Below are positions 27,680-32,000 of a stretch of DNA of 32,000 bases, one piece after another; the first letter of the stretch is position 1; each line of letters begins with the position of its first letter. A program made the translations under genes and the position numbers. The notes beneath the pieces were generated by a model. It saw nothing but the letters and a program-made list of their open reading frames with translations. It was not told the DNA's origin and did no database searches. Source of the DNA: Dickeya dadantii NCPPB 898 (GTDB taxonomy: Bacteria; Pseudomonadota; Gammaproteobacteria; Enterobacterales; Enterobacteriaceae); the NCBI RefSeq assembly GCF_000406145.1, contig NZ_CM001976.1, positions 1,330,729 to 1,362,728 on the forward strand, given 5' to 3'.

Positions 27680-27693
27680 ATTCTCCCGGCGGG

Positions 27694-28944
27694 TTAGCCG
27701 CGGTACTCGATAATTGACAACCCGGCGTTGTAGTCGGTGCTGTAGATAATCCCTTGCGCATCGACAAACACGTCGCAGGACTGGATCACCTGAGGGCGGC
27801 CGGGGCGTTTATCGATCATGCGATCGGGCGCGGCGGGCACCAGCGCGCCGGTTTCTTTCGGCCGATATGGGTTGCTGATGTCGTAAGCGCGCACGCCGGC
27901 ATTTTGGTAAGTGGCGAAAATCAACGTCGAGCTGATGAAGCTGCCCGGTCGGTTTTCATGCAAATTGTGCGGGCCGAAGTGCGCCCCTTTCTTCACATAA
28001 TCGGTTTCGTTGGGCTGCGGGAAGGTGGCGATGCTTACCGGGTTGGACGGCTCGCGGATATCGAACACCCAAATCAGTTTTTCGCCGTCTTCCTGATTAT
28101 CCAGCACCGCTTCATCCAGCACGATCAGCAGGTCACGGTCCGGCAACGGCAACGCGGTATGGGTGCCGCCGCCGAACGGCGGGCTCCAGTTGCGATGGCT
28201 GATGAGCCGAGGCTGGGTGCGATCGCTGACGTCCAGTAACGTCAGGCCGCCGTCGCGCCAGCTGCCGTAGGCGGTATCGCCGCTGACGATGGCGTGATGC
28301 AGCGCATAGCGTTTGCCTTCCGGCCAGTTCGGCGTTTCACCGCCGGCGGTGTGCATGCCCGGCAGCCAGTAACGCCCGGCGACTTGCGGTTTGCGCGGGT
28401 CGGCCAGGTCGATGGTCAGGAAAATGTAGTCGCTGTAGCCATCCAGCAGCGCGGAGACGTACGCCCAGCGGCCGCCCACGTACCAGATACGGTGGATGCC
28501 GATGCCGTCGAGCGGTAAAAAGCTGATTTCCCGCGGCTGGTCCGGGGTGGAAATATCGAAGATCCGTAGTCCGGCGCTCCAGCCTTTATCCTGCTGGCCG
28601 GTGCTGACCGTCTCCGCCACCGAACGGGTGTAGTAGACCTTTTCTTCTGCGAAGCGGGCGTCGGCGAACAGATCGCGCGCGTTGACCACCAGCAGCAGGT
28701 CATCGTGGGTTTGCAGATGGATATTCCAGGTGCCCGGCGGCGCGGCGATGAAACCGGCCGGTTTAGGTTTTTTTGGGTCTCGCACGTCAACGATGGAAAC
28801 GCCCTGGGACACCATGTGTCCGATATAGGCGTAACCACGGTGAACCATGACCTGTACGCCATCAGGACGCCCGCCCTGATCGCTGTGTCCAATCAGCCGC
28901 ATGTTGCGGCTGTATTCCGGCATGGGCAGGGGCGTTGATGCCAT
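27694..28944 (-). CDS. LVIVD-repeat beta-propeller protein (COG5276-like), no signal peptide
   Basis: 416 aa. Recurrent hydrophobic-x-x-D motifs at roughly regular spacing: VSIVDV, LLLVVN, LRIFDI, LTIDL, LTLLDV, LLIVLD, IWVFDI, VRAYDI, LSIIEY. GGAGG RBS, 24 nt after the upstream gene. The family assignment is from memory. Confidence 0.6.
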   Translation of the reverse strand: MASTPLPMPEYSRNMRLIGHSDQGGRPDGVQVMVHRGYAYIGHMVSQGVSIVDVRDPKKPKPAGFIAAPPGTWNIHLQTHDDLLLVVNARDLFADARFAEEKVYYTRSVAETVSTGQQDKGWSAGLRIFDISTPDQPREISFLPLDGIGIHRIWYVGGRWAYVSALLDGYSDYIFLTIDLADPRKPQVAGRYWLPGMHTAGGETPNWPEGKRYALHHAIVSGDTAYGSWRDGGLTLLDVSDRTQPRLISHRNWSPPFGGGTHTALPLPDRDLLIVLDEAVLDNQEDGEKLIWVFDIREPSNPVSIATFPQPNETDYVKKGAHFGPHNLHENRPGSFISSTLIFATYQNAGVRAYDISNPYRPKETGALVPAAPDRMIDKRPGRPQVIQSCDVFVDAQGIIYSTDYNAGLSIIEYRG

Positions 28945-28968
28945 ATAAGCCTCCGTTATGACAGACCT

Positions 28969-30051
28969 TTATTTGCTTTTGGCTTCCAGTGTAGCAAACC
29001 ACGGCGCAGTAAAGTCACTGGTCTGGCCCCAGCCCGGGATGATTTTCGCCAGTCCCGCCACGTTGACCGGACCCGGTTGGCTCACCAGCAGCGCCTGCGG
29101 AATACTGGCGGCGCGGAACTCGTAGGTTGCCGGCGTCGGCTCGCCGGCGATCTTGTTGGCAACCAGACGCAGGTTGACCTTGCCAATCAGTTTCGGGTCC
29201 ACCGCCACGCTGACTTTCCACGGGCTACTGGCTTCGCGCATCAGTTGCAGGTCCTGATTGGAGATGTCGATGCTGTAGAGTTTGATTTCGGTGCGGCCGT
29301 TTTCTTTCAGCGCTTTGTACGCGCCCTGACTGAAGGCGTCCCAGGCACCCCAGATAGCGTCAATCTTGCCTTTCGGGTATTTCGCCAGAATCGCGCCCAC
29401 TTTATTGGCGGTATCGCCCTGCACATCGGAAGACACCGCGCCGATGGATTCCAGTTCTTTAATGCCCGGATTGTCTTTCAGGATCTGTTGGTAAGCCGCC
29501 TGACGGCGCTCCATCGGCGGGAAACCGGCCACCCACAGTTTGATGATGTTGGCTTTGCCGTTGAAATCCTTCACCAACTGGCCCAGCGATTCCTTGGTCA
29601 GCGAGGCATCGTCCTGCTGGGTGACGGTGACGCCCGGAATAGTGCGATCCACCGCGGTGTCAAACACCGCCACCTTGATGCCGCTGTCGACAATGCGCTG
29701 AATCAGTTCGGTGGAATAGGGCGCGCGGCCCTGCGACAGAATGATGCCGTCATATTTCTGGCTGATGGCCTGATTGACGAAGTCCTGAAATTTGGCGTCG
29801 TCGCCGTTGCTCAGGAAGGTGCTGACCTTGAATCCCAGCTTCTTGCCTTCTTCCAACACGCCGGAAACGAACTGGGTGGTGTTGTCGTCCGAACCGAGAT
29901 TGCGGATCACGGCGATGCGCACCGGTCCCTGATGGTTGGCGATGGCTGCCGGAACCGGCGCAGCGGTGGCCGGCGTCTCCGCAGCCAGCGTGGAGAACGA
30001 CGCCGTCAGGCTTAGGGCCAGCAGTGCGACAGGGAATTTCTTCATGATCAA
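28969..30051 (-). CDS. Periplasmic sugar-binding protein (type I PBP, ribose/galactose-like ABC substrate-binding protein)
   Basis: Signal peptide MIMKKFPVALLALSLTASFSTLA-AE. It shows the alternating beta-alpha pattern typical of PBP1 sugar binders (IAVIRNLGS..., DGIILSQG, KVAVFDT, DAIWGAWD). The start could be 30045. Confidence 0.8.
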   Translation of the reverse strand: MIMKKFPVALLALSLTASFSTLAAETPATAAPVPAAIANHQGPVRIAVIRNLGSDDNTTQFVSGVLEEGKKLGFKVSTFLSNGDDAKFQDFVNQAISQKYDGIILSQGRAPYSTELIQRIVDSGIKVAVFDTAVDRTIPGVTVTQQDDASLTKESLGQLVKDFNGKANIIKLWVAGFPPMERRQAAYQQILKDNPGIKELESIGAVSSDVQGDTANKVGAILAKYPKGKIDAIWGAWDAFSQGAYKALKENGRTEIKLYSIDISNQDLQLMREASSPWKVSVAVDPKLIGKVNLRLVANKIAGEPTPATYEFRAASIPQALLVSQPGPVNVAGLAKIIPGWGQTSDFTAPWFATLEAKSK

Positions 30052-30259
30052 TCCTCGGTGTTGTGAAATCAGGTTTGCCAGCTTTATGGATATCTTTATG
30101 TCTGGATGTCTATTTTAGTGATGAGGAATCATAACGGGTAACATTGCGGCGTGCAAAGGGGGCGGGTTATGTCTTTTGGGTTTAGCTTATAACTTTTCGT
30201 TCAATGAGATACGGCGAGCAAACTGGCGGGAAGCTGGGGAGACGCTGGGGAAAAGAAAC

Positions 30260-30283
30260 GCGTCCGACCAGCCGGCCGGACGC
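30260..30283 (-). terminator. Rho-independent terminator after the small secreted protein gene
   Basis: Minus-strand GCGUCCG-N10-CGGACGC followed by GUUUCUUUUCCCC. Confidence 0.65.
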
Positions 30284-30295
30284 ATCTGGTTGGGC

Positions 30296-30727
30296 TTATT
30301 GCCTGAAGAAGCGGATATCCTGGTCCAGTTTGCACAGGTAGCTCAGCGTGTTGCCACGCTGTTGCAGGCTGGGCAGGTTAAACATAAAGGTGGTGAATCG
30401 CACCGTGTTGTCCGGCAGAACCTGATAACGCATGAACTGCTGAATCGGCGTGTTGTCGTTGGCGACGGTGAAGTGCTCGTCGCTGAACGACAGCGTACCG
30501 GTGTCAATCAGACGATACGCGTTGATGTGCAGGCCGCCGCGGGTTTTGCTGGCCGGGGTACCTTCCTGCGGCGTACAGGCGGACAAATCGATGGTGACAT
30601 TGACACTTTGGCCCTTATTCAGTGCGGTGATTACGTCATCGGCGCTTTTCAGCGACTTGGACGCCACGGCCGGCGTCGCGGTGACAAGCAGGGCTGCGCT
30701 CAGCAGCACAGGGGTAATACGGGACAT
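30296..30727 (-). CDS. Hypothetical small secreted protein (143 aa, two Cys)
   Basis: GGAGGA RBS 7 nt before the ATG at 30727. Signal peptide MSRITPVLLSAALLVTATPAVA-SK. It has its own terminator. I recognise no family. The track start at 30850 is an extension. Confidence 0.6.
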   Translation of the reverse strand: MSRITPVLLSAALLVTATPAVASKSLKSADDVITALNKGQSVNVTIDLSACTPQEGTPASKTRGGLHINAYRLIDTGTLSFSDEHFTVANDNTPIQQFMRYQVLPDNTVRFTTFMFNLPSLQQRGNTLSYLCKLDQDIRFFRQ

Positions 30728-30970
30728 TCGATATTCCTCCATGATCGATGATGGGTCGGGCGTCGTGACTATCACGTACGGCACGAAGCACACATGGCGC
30801 GAAGGTGCAGGCCAACACGCATGCAGCTGAGTGCGTGGCGTGATAATCACGACCAGGCACTGTTTATCACGGCTGTGGCGAAAGCGCTATGCTGTTTGTC
30901 CGAATAACGGCATGGTCGGAGGTGTAAACGGAGTGAGATATGCGGCAGAGCGACGTGGGGCGACGGGGGC

Positions 30971-31018
30971 GTCAGGCGAAGAGGGTGTCAGACGAAGAGG
31001 GTGTCAGACGAAGAGGGT
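30971..31018. repeat. 16-bp tandem repeat, 3 copies (GTCAG[G/A]CGAAGAGGGT)
   Basis: Copies at 30971, 30987 and 31003. A fourth copy begins at 31019 and runs into the hairpin. A degenerate copy lies upstream near 30946. Confidence 0.9.
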
Positions 31019-31043
31019 GTCAGGCCGGATGAGCCGGCCTGAC
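31019..31043 (-). terminator. Hairpin immediately downstream of metG (GTCAGGCCGG-N5-CCGGCCTGAC)
   Basis: 10-bp perfect GC-rich stem, 11 nt after the metG stop. No U-tract follows; the C-rich repeats follow instead. Confidence 0.5.
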
Positions 31044-31053
31044 GCGAATGGAC

Positions 31054-32000
31054 TTACTTGATTTGCATCCCTGGTTGGGCGCCGCTGTCGGGACTCAGCA
31101 GGAAAATGTCTTTCCCGCCGGGACCAGCGGCCATCACCATGCCTTCGGACACGCCAAAGCGCATTTTACGCGGCGCCAGATTGGCGACCATCACCGTCAG
31201 ACGACCTTCCAGCGCGGACGGATCCGGGTAGGCGGCGCGGATGCCGGAGAACACCTGGCGTGTCTGGCCGCCCAGATCCAGCGTCAGACGCAACAGCTTG
31301 TCCGAACCGTCCACCAGTTCGGCCTTCTGGATCAACGCGACGCGCATGTCCACTTTATCGAAATCGGCGAAGTCGATGGTGTCCTGAATCGGGTCGTCGG
31401 CCAGCGGACCGGATACCGGTTTGGCGGCTGCCGCCGCGGCTTCCTCTTTGGAGGCCTCGACCATGCCCTGTACCTGCGCGATGTCGATGCGGTTGAACAG
31501 CGCCTTGAACGCGCCGACCCGATGGTTTGTCAGCGGCTGCGTCAGGTTATCCCAGCGCAGTTCGGTTTGCAGGAAGGCTTCAGCGCGTTCAGTCAGCGAC
31601 GGCAGTACCGGTTTCAGGTAGGTCATCAGCACGCGGAACAGGTTGATGCCCATCGAGCAAATCGCCTGCAGGTCGGCGTCGCGGCCTTCCTGTTTGGCGA
31701 CGACCCACGGTGCCTGTTCGTCGACATAGCGGTTAGCGATATCCGCCAGCGCCATAATTTCGCGGATGGCCTTACCGGATTCACGGCTGCCGTAAGCGTC
31801 GGCGATGGTCTGCGCCGCGTCGATAAAGGTCTGATACAGCGCCAGATCCGCCAGTTGGCCGGCCAGCTGGCCGTCAAAACGCTTGTTGATGAAGCCGGCG
31901 TTGCGCGAAGCCAGGTTGACCACTTTGTTGACGATGTCGGCGTTCACGCGCTGCACGAAGTCTTCCAGATTGAGGTCAATGTCATCAATGCGCGACGAGA
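31054..32000 (-). CDS. metG: Methionyl-tRNA synthetase, C-terminal part (gene continues beyond the right window edge)
   Basis: ...[43 protein letters not shown] ... [33 protein letters not shown] matches the E. coli MetRS C-terminal half, including the tRNA-binding appendix. The frame is open to position 32000. Confidence 0.95.
   Translation of the reverse strand, partial: SSRIDDIDLNLEDFVQRVNADIVNKVVNLASRNAGFINKRFDGQLAGQLADLALYQTFIDAAQTIADAYGSRESGKAIREIMALADIANRYVDEQAPWVVAKQEGRDADLQAICSMGINLFRVLMTYLKPVLPSLTERAEAFLQTELRWDNLTQPLTNHRVGAFKALFNRIDIAQVQGMVEASKEEAAAAAAKPVSGPLADDPIQDTIDFADFDKVDMRVALIQKAELVDGSDKLLRLTLDLGGQTRQVFSGIRAAYPDPSALEGRLTVMVANLAPRKMRFGVSEGMVMAAGPGGKDIFLLSPDSGAQPGMQIK

Noticed and set aside
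30971-31043. Possibility that the short tandem repeats are a CRISPR array
   Set aside because: The units are directly adjacent with no spacers, are only 16 bp long, and no cas genes are present.
30831-31061. 76-aa plus-strand ORF spanning the 16-bp tandem repeats
   Set aside because: The repeat unit is not a multiple of three. The ORF has no RBS and runs into the metG terminator and stop region. It is best explained as non-coding.

Overview
This is a GC-rich enterobacterial chromosomal segment. Its backbone follows the E. coli K-12 order nadA-pnuC-zitB-aroG-gpmA-galMKTE-modFE-acrZ-modABC-ybhA-pgl, and the window ends inside metG. Proteins align closely by eye to E. coli sequences recalled from memory. 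The donor is not E. coli and may be Pectobacteriaceae or Dickeya-like, but that needs a database search. Accessory pieces sit in this backbone. (1) A tRNA-Lys 3'-end-like fragment with repeats lies at the left edge, followed by a DUF554 (YqgA-like) membrane protein gene. (2) A ~7 kb, five-gene minus-strand Cu/Ag efflux operon lies between gpmA and galM. Its order is unknown Cys/His/Met protein, CusF, TolC/CzcC-type outer-membrane factor, CusB, CusA. It has no adjacent regulator, and its CusB carries a C-terminal CusF-like domain. (3) A single secreted S53 (sedolisin/kumamolisin-type) peptidase gene with a very AT-rich upstream region lies between modC and ybhA. (4) After pgl, E. coli synteny is lost. 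There is a two-gene unit (orphan periplasmic sugar-binding protein plus a cytoplasmic LVIVD-repeat beta-propeller protein), then a small secreted two-Cys protein, then a 16-bp tandem repeat downstream of metG. I saw no CRISPR array, IS element, integrase, phage gene or recognisable defence system. No convincing wholly new multi-gene system is visible. The most unusual items are the atypical Cus module, the S53 peptidase insertion and the binding-protein/LVIVD pair. Functional calls rest on my reading of the translated ORFs and recalled family motifs. No searches were run.
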